Source of the DNA: a virus
DNA length: 64,000 nucleotides
IMG/VR virus record: IMGVR_UViG_3300027327_000001
Strand: one strand, 5' to 3'
The notes under the pieces: model-generated
What the model saw: only the letters and a program-made list of their open reading frames with translations
What the model was told of the DNA's origin: nothing
The model's database searches: none
Part shown: in pieces, positions 40,422 to 50,664 of the stretch
Numbering within the stretch: position 1 is the stretch's first letter
Layout of the letters: the number at the start of each line of letters is the position of its first letter
Made by a program: the position numbers and the translations under genes

Positions 40422-43400
40422 TTATCGCGCCCATATGCCGACAATAGCGTATTGACCCAAGCGATCACTGTCCAAATCGTTACCCGCTTTGGTCATGGTT
40501 AGTTCAGTGCCGGCAGCATTAATACTCGCGGTCACGCCGATCCACGCTTTAAACTGGGCAGCATCCGGATTGGCTTCTGCGAATGGGAAGTTTCTAGCAG
40601 CCTGCGTCAAAACAACTTTTTCAAGTGTTTCTTTGAAATAAGAAACATTGACTCCGTTCGTCTGAGTCATGGCAACAAGAAATTCAATATCGTCAGCGCG
40701 CACCGTGTAGGGACTAGCGCCGGCAACCGGTCGCCACGCATTCGATTTGCGCACTCCTACCCATGTCGAATCAACCACGCCGCCGTGCGTAATCTGCACT
40801 TCCACATGGCCCTCTATCGTATTCGAGGTCCGGTCGATGGTTCCTGCGTTTGCATCGTTGATGGGAATCGAAAGCACCGTTCCGTTGGTATCGGCGGCGG
40901 CCAGGCCTTCGGATGTGGTCACTCCCGCTATGTTTGCGCCGGCGACGCTGACAGCGATAGCCGCGTTGTTCGCTACCGCACCGACAGGTTTCCACTCAAA
41001 GAGCAGCGTTTGCGCGCCGTGTCCGCTAATCCATTGATTTATCGGGCGCAGGCGCTGAGTGCGGGCCAGAGCGACCGTGGTCTTGTCGTCGACTCCGGTC
41101 AAGCCTGTCGTCAGCCGGTTGTCAATCTGGTTGATCTGAGCCAGCGCCCGGCCGGAAAGCTCGCCGTGATAGGCCGTGTGGAATCGCTCGACGCGCTTCT
41201 GGATGGCGCTCGCGCCGCCCGATACAACGCCGCCGCCGTAATACTCCCAATTCTCATCGGACGCTAAGTCGTCGGAAGCGTAGATTTGCGCCGACGACGC
41301 GCCGTGCCGCATTTGATACTGGATAGGGGCCAGGCCCAAATCTATCCGGATGAGAATTTCGCTATCGTCCGGAACGGGATTCAATACCGTGTGCCACTGC
41401 GTCGTGTTTGGAATATCGGCGGCGGGATCAATCGGAGTCGGGTCTACGCGGCTCAATTTCTGCCCAAGCGCCGAGCCTGCCGCGATGGCGGCGAACTGAG
41501 CTTCCGCCGCGGGCGCGTTCTGCCACGTTACGCCGTCGACAATGCGGTCCACGTCCGAGACCAAAGGTTCGACAACATCAAGCCGGCCGCTGTTGGTCTG
41601 CGCTGCTTCAAGCGCTTCCGTAGCGCCGTCGCGGGCAGTCTGATCGGTGCCGTCGCCGCCGCCCGCCGCCGCTTGTCCACTAGCTGTCAGGAAGCCGATG
41701 CGTAGCGGAATAGCGTCCCTATCTGCTAAGTTTGTAGTGAAAAGGATGTTTGTGCCGTTATGCCCTAGAAACCCACTTTGGTTGCTAATGGAAATGCTGA
41801 TGTCAATTCTTTCGGTCGTGCTTGAGCTTGCGGATCCCGCAGTGCCCGCAACCAAAGCCTTCAATTGGGCAATTTCTATTATCTGCCACGGACCAAATGC
41901 AGAGCTGTTTACCGATCTCGCGCCTACCGACAAGACGAAATCGCGATCAGGCAGCGCTAGCCCCGTATCTAACCACTCAAGAGCTGTCGTCACATCAAGC
42001 GCGCCGGCGCTTAGGATTCCGCTTATCGTCACCGGAACTTCTGTATCGCCGCCGCCGCCGCTTGCCGCCGCGCCGGCCGTATCCGTGATCACGCCCCACG
42101 TGCTTGCGCCGAGATACTGAACCGCAACGCAATTGCCGGCAGCGATTTTAAGCGTCTGCCCGGCGCCTTCAATCCGGTTTGTGACTCCAACGTCGAACGT
42201 CAGTGCGGCGGTCGAGTTGTTGAGCAGTCGCGCCCACCAGCCCGTTGGCACGACTTCGCCGAGCGAGATTGTCAGTTCCGCGGCGCCCGTCGCCCTGATC
42301 GTGTCGCCGCGATCGGAGACCTGCAGTGCGTAATTCGCGCTCTTGCCGCTAACGCCGGCGAATTGCCGGTATGAGGCGATGGCGGCATTGATCTGCGCGG
42401 CTACGTCGGCGGCATCGAGATCGTCAGCCTCGGCCGCATTTATGAGCGCCTGAACCTGCGCTTGAGACAGGCCGGCGTTGCGCAGAGCGGCGGGAACGCT
42501 GGCCGAGTATGTCGTGGTCGTGCCGTCAGCTTCAGCAACGCGCGCCGTCAGCGTCAGGCCGTCGGGGGAAAATTCTATTCCGGAAAGAGAGCCGTCCGCG
42601 CCGCCGCCGCCGCCTGTGCCGCCCGTCGTGTCTCCTAGAGCCAGCGTTACCGTCGAGCCGTCCTTGCGATCAATGACGACGCTGCGCGCCGCGCCGGCTC
42701 CCGTAACGCGGGCATCGAGAAAGAGCTTGTTCAATTCGGCTTGCGTCAGGCCGATGATTCCGAGCAGGAATGATTGCGTCAACTCGGACTCGAGCACGAA
42801 GCCGGGAACGGCATCCGTCCCTGCGATAAGCGGGCCGCCGTCGATGGCGTAATCCTTCACCAAGCCCCTGACGACGCGCTCAACGTCGTCGCTCGACGGC
42901 CGCGGGATGGATCCTACCGAGAATATATCGACGAACGGTCGAGACAGCGGCGGGTCCACGAGACCGAGCGCCGGATCGGACCCTCCAATGAGAGAGGCGT
43001 AGAGCGTCGTATCGACATCAAGCTCAAACCCGTTCAGCGCGTCGACAACATCCTGCTGAGTGTGCGAGATCAGGTGCTCGATTGAAACCGTCTTGGCCGC
43101 AGCGTCGTATTCGGCGCCCAGTTCGGAACCGTCGATGCCGCCTGCGAAGACGAATTGATCCAAGGCCGCCCCGTTCACTCGCGGGAAGGAGTTGGCGCCG
43201 CCTGCGGAAACGGCCGTGACTCCGGCGATGCCGTTGAGCGCGTCGCGCACTTCTATCAGCGTAGCGCCGGCAGCCGGAATCTCGACATTAATAATGCGTA
43301 TCGGCAGGCCGCTAGGCTGCGCGCCTTCTTGCTGCGCCGTAACTACGGCGCCCGCCGCATCGCCGACTCTGATGGCCCATCCGTTGCCCAAGTCGCCGGA

Positions 43401-44213
43401 CGTGTCGAATCCCGCCGCCTGCGCGCCCAGGGTAACCGTGAGCGTGCCGCCGCCCTGGCCCGCTATCTGCAGCGATGCCTGCACAGGCTCATTGCCGGCG
43501 ACGGTTCGAAGGCGCCACTGATCCCCCGCGTCTTCGCGGGACAGGGCTATCTTTACGCCGCGCCAGTTGTGATCGGCTATATCCGCTTCCAGAAGGCCTT
43601 TTTCCGGAAGGAAGACGGCGGGCAGGCCGCCATCGGCCAGCCCGAAGCCGGCCACCCATTCCAATGTCTCCGGCTCGACGCTGTAGAAGCCTTGCTTGAT
43701 CGGCGCCTCGTCGTCGTCTCGAACGCGGATGAATTCTCCGTTCGGAGCGAGCGCCCTGCCGTCCGCGGTAATGATCCTGAAAGAGACCGGCGTGCCTACG
43801 ACCCAAGCATTCACCACCTGATCTTGCGTTTCGATGTAGAATTCGCGATCGCCTGACCTAGTGCTGGAGGTTTCATACGCCACGCCGTCCAGGACAATGC
43901 TTAAATCGCCTGCCGACTCCGCTTCAATCGCAAGCTCGTCGGTAAACTCGATGTAGATGTAGCGGTTCGAGTCATACGCAAGAACAGCGTTCAGATCCGA
44001 TCTCTCGTCCTGCAGTTCGGCGATGAAGTTGCCGATCCCGCGGTCAAGCCGCACCGGGTCTATCGTGAAGGTGGTGTCCTCTTCCGTCAGAGCTTCGTCG
44101 AGGTAGTAGTCCCTCTCGAGGTAGACGAGGGACCCCTTTTTCGGATACGGAAGAACCTCGACATTGCGGATGCCGCCGCCGCCCGCTCCTATTCCTCGTC
44201 TAAGCAGAGTCAT
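40422..44213 (-). CDS. tail fibre / host-recognition protein
   Basis: 1263 aa and rich in Gly/Ala/Thr with beta-rich repeats. It is the last large gene of the tail module. Confidence 0.65.
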   Translation of the reverse strand: MTLLRRGIGAGGGGIRNVEVLPYPKKGSLVYLERDYYLDEALTEEDTTFTIDPVRLDRGIGNFIAELQDERSDLNAVLAYDSNRYIYIEFTDELAIEAESAGDLSIVLDGVAYETSSTRSGDREFYIETQDQVVNAWVVGTPVSFRIITADGRALAPNGEFIRVRDDDEAPIKQGFYSVEPETLEWVAGFGLADGGLPAVFLPEKGLLEADIADHNWRGVKIALSREDAGDQWRLRTVAGNEPVQASLQIAGQGGGTLTVTLGAQAAGFDTSGDLGNGWAIRVGDAAGAVVTAQQEGAQPSGLPIRIINVEIPAAGATLIEVRDALNGIAGVTAVSAGGANSFPRVNGAALDQFVFAGGIDGSELGAEYDAAAKTVSIEHLISHTQQDVVDALNGFELDVDTTLYASLIGGSDPALGLVDPPLSRPFVDIFSVGSIPRPSSDDVERVVRGLVKDYAIDGGPLIAGTDAVPGFVLESELTQSFLLGIIGLTQAELNKLFLDARVTGAGAARSVVIDRKDGSTVTLALGDTTGGTGGGGGADGSLSGIEFSPDGLTLTARVAEADGTTTTYSASVPAALRNAGLSQAQVQALINAAEADDLDAADVAAQINAAIASYRQFAGVSGKSANYALQVSDRGDTIRATGAAELTISLGEVVPTGWWARLLNNSTAALTFDVGVTNRIEGAGQTLKIAAGNCVAVQYLGASTWGVITDTAGAAASGGGGDTEVPVTISGILSAGALDVTTALEWLDTGLALPDRDFVLSVGARSVNSSAFGPWQIIEIAQLKALVAGTAGSASSSTTERIDISISISNQSGFLGHNGTNILFTTNLADRDAIPLRIGFLTASGQAAAGGGDGTDQTARDGATEALEAAQTNSGRLDVVEPLVSDVDRIVDGVTWQNAPAAEAQFAAIAAGSALGQKLSRVDPTPIDPAADIPNTTQWHTVLNPVPDDSEILIRIDLGLAPIQYQMRHGASSAQIYASDDLASDENWEYYGGGVVSGGASAIQKRVERFHTAYHGELSGRALAQINQIDNRLTTGLTGVDDKTTVALARTQRLRPINQWISGHGAQTLLFEWKPVGAVANNAAIAVSVAGANIAGVTTSEGLAAADTNGTVLSIPINDANAGTIDRTSNTIEGHVEVQITHGGVVDSTWVGVRKSNAWRPVAGASPYTVRADDIEFLVAMTQTNGVNVSYFKETLEKVVLTQAARNFPFAEANPDAAQFKAWIGVTASINAAGTELTMTKAGNDLDSDRLGQYAIVGIWAR

Positions 44214-44572
44214 TAGAATATCTGCGAGACGGCGAGCAGCGCGCTATCTATTTGAACGAGTCCGCCCTCGACTCTCATCCAGAGAATCGAGTCCGCGGTC
44301 TGCTCGAACACCTGCGAATCGCCGATGTCTTCCCACGGATGGCCTACAGCGGTAGGCGGGTCGTCGGTGTCGGTGTATGCGTGCCTGACAATCGCGCCTC
44401 GCGATTTTACGGCTATATCGAAAAGGTAACTCGCATCCTCTTCAAGACTCAGCAGCTTCGTCACATTCGTCCACGCGCCGCTGAGCTTCAGGTTCATTGT
44501 TAAGTCAGCCATTGAGTAACCCTGTTCCAACGCCATTAGCATAGGCGCGCGGGAAAAGCTTTGCAATAGCAA
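44213..44572 (-). CDS. hypothetical tail-module protein (start uncertain)
   Basis: ORF track, 119 aa. The first codon is TTG, with several downstream ATGs. Confidence 0.45.
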   Translation of the reverse strand: MLLQSFSRAPMLMALEQGYSMADLTMNLKLSGAWTNVTKLLSLEEDASYLFDIAVKSRGAIVRHAYTDTDDPPTAVGHPWEDIGDSQVFEQTADSILWMRVEGGLVQIDSALLAVSQIF

Positions 44573-44575
44573 AAA

Positions 44576-45322
44576 TCAAGGCTTCGCCCAGATTGAATCA
44601 TCTGCCGGATCGTAGGCCTGGAGCATGGGAACCGTCATTTCTCCAACCTTGATCTGCTCGGCGAGGCAGACCGCCCGCAACCGCTCGCGCTCGTCGTCCT
44701 GCTCTTTAGTCGTCGCGCCTCGAAGCCGGCGCAGAATCTCATGCTCAATGCTGGTGGCTTCGTATTGCTCCGTTATTCTGCGCTTGCACTCGCGCCGCAC
44801 GTGATCCCACTTCGCCGTATACGTCTCCATCCATATCATCGATTCCTGCGCGTTCAGAATCTCGTCCCACGTCGGTTTCGGCGACGCGTCTGGATCCGGC
44901 TTCGCGAATCCCTGCTCCTCGGTAACGTAGACGACGCGCCTGCCGATTCCGTAGCAGGGGAACCGCGGCGGCGCTTTCTTCCACCCGGCGGGAACCTTGC
45001 CCGGCTCGGACCAGATTCGGTTGATCTCGTGAACAGGCTTGGTGGCGCGGTAGGCGTATTCGTTCAGTTCGTAGTTGTAGGGCTGCGGCTTTGCGCGCGC
45101 CTCGTCCGCGATCGTGAAAAAGCCGCGCCAGCCTCCGGCATCGACGACATGGCCGGGAACGAGATACTCAGGGGGATTCCAGCCGTAGGCCTCGTATTCG
45201 CCCTGCAAGCGGATTGGCCTCAGCCCACCGGCAATCGAGCCGGCCATGACTGAATAGGGAAGCTTCAGGCCCTGGTTCTCGACCATCCACGATAGAATCT
45301 CGTCGAGTCTGCGAACTAGCAT
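44576..45322 (-). CDS. hypothetical tail-module protein
   Basis: ORF track, 248 aa. The start abuts the upstream stop. Confidence 0.55.
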   Translation of the reverse strand: MLVRRLDEILSWMVENQGLKLPYSVMAGSIAGGLRPIRLQGEYEAYGWNPPEYLVPGHVVDAGGWRGFFTIADEARAKPQPYNYELNEYAYRATKPVHEINRIWSEPGKVPAGWKKAPPRFPCYGIGRRVVYVTEEQGFAKPDPDASPKPTWDEILNAQESMIWMETYTAKWDHVRRECKRRITEQYEATSIEHEILRRLRGATTKEQDDERERLRAVCLAEQIKVGEMTVPMLQAYDPADDSIWAKP

Positions 45323-46390
45323 TTAACTATTCTCCAGCCACATGACGGCGCTGTCACGATAGCCCGCTTCGATATTGTGAACGCGATGCTTTACCCACGC
45401 GGGGAAGACTATGGCCTGCCCCGGCTTCATCGGTATCTTGCCGAAGCCGTCTATCTCGAACTCGCCGCCCTCGTCGGCGTTGCGGATTAAAGCCGAGATT
45501 GAAAGCGACCGGCGGTCGTCGGTTCCCTCGGCGCGGTCATTGTGCATGTTGAAGAATGATCCCGGCCCGTATGTCGTGTATTGCACGCCGTTGATTCCGG
45601 ATGCGTCTATTCCCCAATCGTTCGCTTCGCGGGCCGTCATTGCTAGCCTGTCGGATAGCCAGCGCCATTCGGGAAGGTGGCCGACGAATGCGATCTCGCT
45701 CTTTCTTACGCTCGTATCCAGTCCTTCGCGCGTCATCGTCCCTGCTTCGAGCGTGAGGGCCATTGAGTCTTTAAGGCACTTCTCCAACTCGAAGTCGCTA
45801 AGGCAGTCCACGACCTTGTAGGATTGCGCTACGGGCGCTTTCGGAGGCTTGGGAAAGAAAGGCTTGTAGTCCAGCTTGAATTCCGGGTCGCCTTCGAATC
45901 CAGGCTGCTCCGAGTAGTGCAGGAATAGCTGGTAGGCTTCCCTGCCTTTGAACGGCTGCCTGCGATGCCACTGCTTGCGGCCGTTCATCAGAACCGCCCT
46001 ATCCCCTAGATCCTCGAAGGAATGCCAGTTCCCGTCATCGTCGTGAACTTCGATGGTCCATGAATGATCCCGCCAGATATTTATCGATAGCGTCCAGTCG
46101 AGTCCGGGGCGGTCGTAGTGCATCCTCAATTCGCCGCCCTTGTAGACGAGCCTGGCGAACGAATTTACCGGCCACAATTTCTTGCCAACGGCTTCCGACA
46201 CGTGCGGCAGGAATCTATGAAGCAGCTGCTCGCCGACCTTCGGCTTGTATACGCCAAGCGTATTCGGCGCGAATTGCTCATCGACGACGTGATGGCAACC
46301 CATTCTGCTAGGCCACTTCAGGCACATCTTGATCGACGATCTGTCGGCGCCTACGATGTGCTTCTCGCGCGTTAGTTCGATGTATTGCAT
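45323..46390 (-). CDS. protein with two 2OG-Fe(II) oxygenase-like (double-stranded beta-helix) domains
   Basis: The N-terminal domain has LRMHYDRPG…WHRRQP…FLHY. The C-terminal domain has FFNMHNDRAEG…VKHRVHNIE…RDSAVMW. Each carries HxD…H. The preferred ATG at 46390 follows AGGAAG. Confidence 0.65.
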   Translation of the reverse strand: MQYIELTREKHIVGADRSSIKMCLKWPSRMGCHHVVDEQFAPNTLGVYKPKVGEQLLHRFLPHVSEAVGKKLWPVNSFARLVYKGGELRMHYDRPGLDWTLSINIWRDHSWTIEVHDDDGNWHSFEDLGDRAVLMNGRKQWHRRQPFKGREAYQLFLHYSEQPGFEGDPEFKLDYKPFFPKPPKAPVAQSYKVVDCLSDFELEKCLKDSMALTLEAGTMTREGLDTSVRKSEIAFVGHLPEWRWLSDRLAMTAREANDWGIDASGINGVQYTTYGPGSFFNMHNDRAEGTDDRRSLSISALIRNADEGGEFEIDGFGKIPMKPGQAIVFPAWVKHRVHNIEAGYRDSAVMWLENS

Positions 46391-46398
46391 TTCGCTTC

Positions 46399-49300
46399 CT
46401 AACTCCATGTAAGGCTAGCCGAAGTCCACGGGCCAACTCGCAATCCGTTTGAAGATTCGAGTCTCGCTCGACCGTAGAATACAGTTCCAGCGCTCGCAGA
46501 TACAGCATAAGTAAATGTTTGCCAATTTCTGCCTCCACTAGGGCTATTTGGATTTGTATCCGTTTCTCTGTAGATTATGTTACTAAAATTGCTTGTTCGA
46601 CTAAATTGAAAGCTGCATGCATACCCACTAACAAATCCAGACGGCGACTGCGCCCAAGCGAATAGATTGTCTCTAAATTGCTCGAAGGCAAACGATGCAA
46701 GACCGGGCAAGTTAACCGTAGGCGCAGGGCTAACGGACGGGCTTGGGCTAACGGACGGAGTCGGCGTTGGAGTCGGAGTGGGAGTAGGTGTGGGTGTTGG
46801 AGTCGGCGAAGGAGTAGGCTGAGTAAAGTCACCGCGCGGAGGATTGACACCCCAAATACTCCGAAGATAGATAACATGATCATCGCGGTAGATAGCCAGC
46901 ATATCCTTCGTGTCCCCAACTTTATGAACAATCAAATCATAGTTGCTCAGGAGCGTTGAGGTTGCTACAGCCGGATTAAGTGGTATGGATTCTGTGGGTA
47001 TGGATAATGTATCCCAACCGTTACCGAGATAACTAACCAAAAAAACAAGGAATTCGTGCGATGCCCAGTCCGGCACGGAAAACGCTACTGCGCGCGATCC
47101 CAGGGCGATGCCACGACCAGTTCCGTAATCACCTATCTTCCTCCAGTTTCTTACATCCGAATCGATATGATCCGCAGTCAGCGTTCCGCGGATAACAGCC
47201 GCGTCGAACTCTGCAAAGCCGTCCTGCTGAATAACCCAGCCATCGGAGTCTTTAACATAGTTGTCCGAACTGATTCTGTTTTCAATCGCAAGATCAAAAA
47301 TGTTCCCCTGGTCTATTCTCGCGAATTGCAACTCTCCGTGAACCGCACTCAGGTTTTCAAGAAACGCATTCTCTGCCTTAATCGCGCCAATAGAAGCGTC
47401 GGCAATGGCGGCTTTATTGATATAGACAGTTCCGTCCTGAACAATGAACGGAACCACTGAGTTTTCGTCGGTCGTCTCAGCCGATGACGGAAGAATTGCA
47501 AATCTGTCCGCATCGATCAAAAGACGAGTGAAATTGCCGTCATTGAAAAGCCCGATGCCGGCCGTCCGATCTGCGACTTTCGTCTTGATTAGCCACTGCG
47601 CCAATTGAGCGACGGTCGTGCTGCCGTCGACGTTCTCGATAAGCTCGACTCTAGCCTCTAGAAGCTCCTGAGCCTGCGCAAGACCGTCCGTAGCCTGATC
47701 CTCAATGACACTCCATTCGCCGGCAGCGTCGACGTCCGTCCCAACATCTTCCATAACCGGAAACGGAGAAGGTGCATCGGCGCCGTCAACTTGAACATCT
47801 AGCGTTCCGCTATCGGGCCAGTTGCTTTCATCCGCGGACAAGCCAATAGCAAATTTGTTTCCCGCTCTCGATACAGTTATAATCACGTAATCTACCAATT
47901 CACCGGGAGCACCGGCCATGATCGACATGCCCGGTTCCACCTTCTCAATGAAAAGCGGAAGATCCGAGTCGCCAACTTGAATAGTCAATACGTCAATAGG
48001 ATCGCCGAGCGCGGCGCGAAGCTGCGTAATCGAAGCGGCTACCGCCATTACGCCTTGCGTCGTCCTGTCAAGCCTCTCGGAAAGCGCTGTCCTCGCCGCT
48101 ACGTTGTCATTCCTGTCAGCGTCCATCAACAGGCCAGCGACGTTGAAATAGCCTTCCACAAGCTCCCTAGCTGCCGACTGAGACGACCCGGCAATCCGTT
48201 CGAAGTCGTCAACATTGATTGGCGACAGCAGTTCGCGCGTAAGCGGATCGTTGAATATCTCGTCGGACAACCTGCGTATGGCCTGCGCCGGATGCTCCGC
48301 TACTTCGACTTCGACCGACTCCGACAAATCGCCGATAACCGACGACTGAGATTGCCACGCGATCCAGTAATACCATACTCCCGGATCAACCGGCTTGTCG
48401 GTGAACGAGATCGTATTGCTGGCGCCGACTTGAGTTGCCGACGACGGATCATTGTCTCTTGCCCTATATACAAGCGTGGTAGCGTGGTTCTGGTAAGCGG
48501 CCAAAGGATTATCCCAGAACAGAAGGACAACGCCAAGACCGCCGCGACCGCTCAGACCCTTGGGCTGAGGCGGATGCTCGTAGGCGTAGGACAGCAGGTC
48601 TCGAATGTGAACGTGGACTATTCCCGTTGGAATCCCGTCGCCTATTGCGTTGACCGCCCGCATTCTGACTTGATACTGTCGGTTGACAACAAGGTTGGCG
48701 ATCCTATGCGCAAATCTGTCCGCTTCAGGAACCACGGCCCAGGCTCCGTCCAGTTCGTATTCGTAGCGGATGATCGTTGAGTGCCCATCCGTAGCAGGCT
48801 CAGCCCAGCGTATTTCCAGTTCTTCCCCGATAGACAGGGCGACGAAATTAGTAGGCGGGCTTGGAACCGTCTTGACGACCGGATCCGGACCGACCCGCAA
48901 TGAGATTGAAGGCGTGCCAGGCGCGAGCTTGTTGAAGGCGCGGACCCTGAATGTATAGGTGTTGCCGTTGACGAGACCCGTTACGACGAATTCACGCGCG
49001 TCCGGACCGCCTGCCGACCGCCATTGCCCGCCGTCCTGCTGATACTGATAGCCGAGTATCGGCGAACCGCCGCTTGAGATCGGCGGCTCCCACCTAAGCG
49101 TTACCTGGCCGTCGCCTATCTCGATATTGAAACGCCTCGGATTCGACGGCCCAAGGCCGGCGCCCGGCACTTCGAAGTTGGGAGTGGTCCGAGCGAACAC
49201 GTCCTCGACGCAGTTGACTTTGATGCTCGGACTTCCGGGCGTTCCGTAATCGACGGACACGACTCTCAATACCGCGCTGTTCAAATCCCTAGCCACGTCG

Positions 49301-50664
49301 GTAATGCGAATCACGTCGCCCGGAACCACGCCGTATGCCGAGCGGCCGAGCTCGACTTCGACCGCTAGGAATTCTTCGGAGCTTGACGCAAGCTCGCGTC
49401 GGGCAACCTTCCACGCCGTGTCGATATTTCGAATGCCGCGGAAGTTTCTCGTAATTGACAGGACGGCGCCCGCTTTCGCGATCGCGCCAATATTCTGCAG
49501 CGAAACCTGGTTGCCCATGTCCGCCTCGGGATCTGTCCATTGAACCACGATCTCGTTGACTATTTCGCCCGCCGACTTCCGAGCGACGCTAGCTACGCGG
49601 CTGCTGGCTTCGTCGTATTCCGGAAGATTGTCGAAGTCGTAGCCGGCTCTCAGCAGTCGTATCGTGAGAAGACCCGTTATCGGCGAAGCGTAGAACACGG
49701 CTTCGACGTGATCCATTAATTCCTGAACAATATCCTGAATTGATTCCTGCGATTCGTATTGAATCGAAATCCCGAATTCCTCGTCGAACAGCGTCCTAGC
49801 CGCGTTTCTGAAAGATACGTCGTCGAGAAACGAAAGCGGAATCTCCCCTCCCCATACGGCATCCGTCAGGCACTCTCTTATGACATGAATAGGATTCACG
49901 TCCGGCCCGATGGTCCAGCTTTTACTATCGACTTCCTGGAACGGCGCGTCCGCATCCGTCGATTGATAGTCCGTTATTCGCTTCGTGATGTTTTCCGAAG
50001 GCGCTATCGTCCTGGCGGAATCGAACCATCCGGGCTGCACGTCGCCGACTCTCGTTACGAGAAAGTCCGCTGGCGGAATGTTCGGCGAACGTCCCCAGTA
50101 GAAGCCGCCGGCCCCTTCCCCGGAGCCTTGGTGGAAGAATGCGATTGTCGCGATTCCGCGGTAGCCCGGCATGGTTCCGGGGGTTTCTCCGTATAGCGAC
50201 GTGATGGAAGGCGGCATAGTCTGCGCCAGCGAACCGTCCGTCCACACGACGCGGCCATTGATTCCGCCTTCGCGCTGCGAGCCTCCGCCGAAATTCGGAT
50301 CGTCAATCAGGAAGTCGAGGGGAAGATCGGTTGCGACCGTCTTCTCCCGAAGCCTAAGACGGCGTATCGAGTCGATGCTGCCGATGCAGATTCCGTAGTG
50401 AACGGTTAGGTAGTAGTCCGCACGCGAGTCCCGCTCGACCGGAACCTGCCGCTTGTGAACCGAGAAAAGGACGTTGGGACTTTTGATATTCACCGTCCCG
50501 AATACGACGGGAATCGACCTGCCGACTTCAGACGTTGGCGCCTGCAGTTCCTGTGGCTGCCCGCCGCCAGCTTGCGTCCGACGAGGCGGCTTCGGAGCAA
50601 GGACGTAGCTAATCGCGCTAAGGACGATCGCCACGAATAACTGAACGAAGAAATTCCAGGCCAT
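46399..50664 (-). CDS. host-specificity (lambda J / GTA g15-like) central tail protein with FN3 repeats and a PT-linker-attached C-terminal domain
   Basis: The ATG at 50664 overlaps the upstream TAA. The N-terminal TM-like segment is FFVQLFVAIVLSAISYVL. FN3-like repeats are present (…GQVTLRWEPPISSGGSPILGYQYQ…, …LEIRWAEPATDGHSTIIRYEYE…). A (PT)n/(PS)n linker lies near nt 46730-46830. Confidence 0.7.
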   Translation of the reverse strand: MAWNFFVQLFVAIVLSAISYVLAPKPPRRTQAGGGQPQELQAPTSEVGRSIPVVFGTVNIKSPNVLFSVHKRQVPVERDSRADYYLTVHYGICIGSIDSIRRLRLREKTVATDLPLDFLIDDPNFGGGSQREGGINGRVVWTDGSLAQTMPPSITSLYGETPGTMPGYRGIATIAFFHQGSGEGAGGFYWGRSPNIPPADFLVTRVGDVQPGWFDSARTIAPSENITKRITDYQSTDADAPFQEVDSKSWTIGPDVNPIHVIRECLTDAVWGGEIPLSFLDDVSFRNAARTLFDEEFGISIQYESQESIQDIVQELMDHVEAVFYASPITGLLTIRLLRAGYDFDNLPEYDEASSRVASVARKSAGEIVNEIVVQWTDPEADMGNQVSLQNIGAIAKAGAVLSITRNFRGIRNIDTAWKVARRELASSSEEFLAVEVELGRSAYGVVPGDVIRITDVARDLNSAVLRVVSVDYGTPGSPSIKVNCVEDVFARTTPNFEVPGAGLGPSNPRRFNIEIGDGQVTLRWEPPISSGGSPILGYQYQQDGGQWRSAGGPDAREFVVTGLVNGNTYTFRVRAFNKLAPGTPSISLRVGPDPVVKTVPSPPTNFVALSIGEELEIRWAEPATDGHSTIIRYEYELDGAWAVVPEADRFAHRIANLVVNRQYQVRMRAVNAIGDGIPTGIVHVHIRDLLSYAYEHPPQPKGLSGRGGLGVVLLFWDNPLAAYQNHATTLVYRARDNDPSSATQVGASNTISFTDKPVDPGVWYYWIAWQSQSSVIGDLSESVEVEVAEHPAQAIRRLSDEIFNDPLTRELLSPINVDDFERIAGSSQSAARELVEGYFNVAGLLMDADRNDNVAARTALSERLDRTTQGVMAVAASITQLRAALGDPIDVLTIQVGDSDLPLFIEKVEPGMSIMAGAPGELVDYVIITVSRAGNKFAIGLSADESNWPDSGTLDVQVDGADAPSPFPVMEDVGTDVDAAGEWSVIEDQATDGLAQAQELLEARVELIENVDGSTTVAQLAQWLIKTKVADRTAGIGLFNDGNFTRLLIDADRFAILPSSAETTDENSVVPFIVQDGTVYINKAAIADASIGAIKAENAFLENLSAVHGELQFARIDQGNIFDLAIENRISSDNYVKDSDGWVIQQDGFAEFDAAVIRGTLTADHIDSDVRNWRKIGDYGTGRGIALGSRAVAFSVPDWASHEFLVFLVSYLGNGWDTLSIPTESIPLNPAVATSTLLSNYDLIVHKVGDTKDMLAIYRDDHVIYLRSIWGVNPPRGDFTQPTPSPTPTPTPTPTPTPTPTPSVSPSPSVSPAPTVNLPGLASFAFEQFRDNLFAWAQSPSGFVSGYACSFQFSRTSNFSNIIYRETDTNPNSPSGGRNWQTFTYAVSASAGTVFYGRARLESSNGLRVGPWTSASLTWS

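Noticed and set aside
46730-46830. Apparent microsatellite-like DNA (ggagt/ggtgt repeats).
   Set aside because: It is the coding sequence of a (Pro-Thr)n/(Pro-Ser)n inter-domain linker in the J-like tail protein (…PTPSPTPTPTPTPTPTPTPTPSVSPSPSVSPAPT…), not a non-coding repeat.
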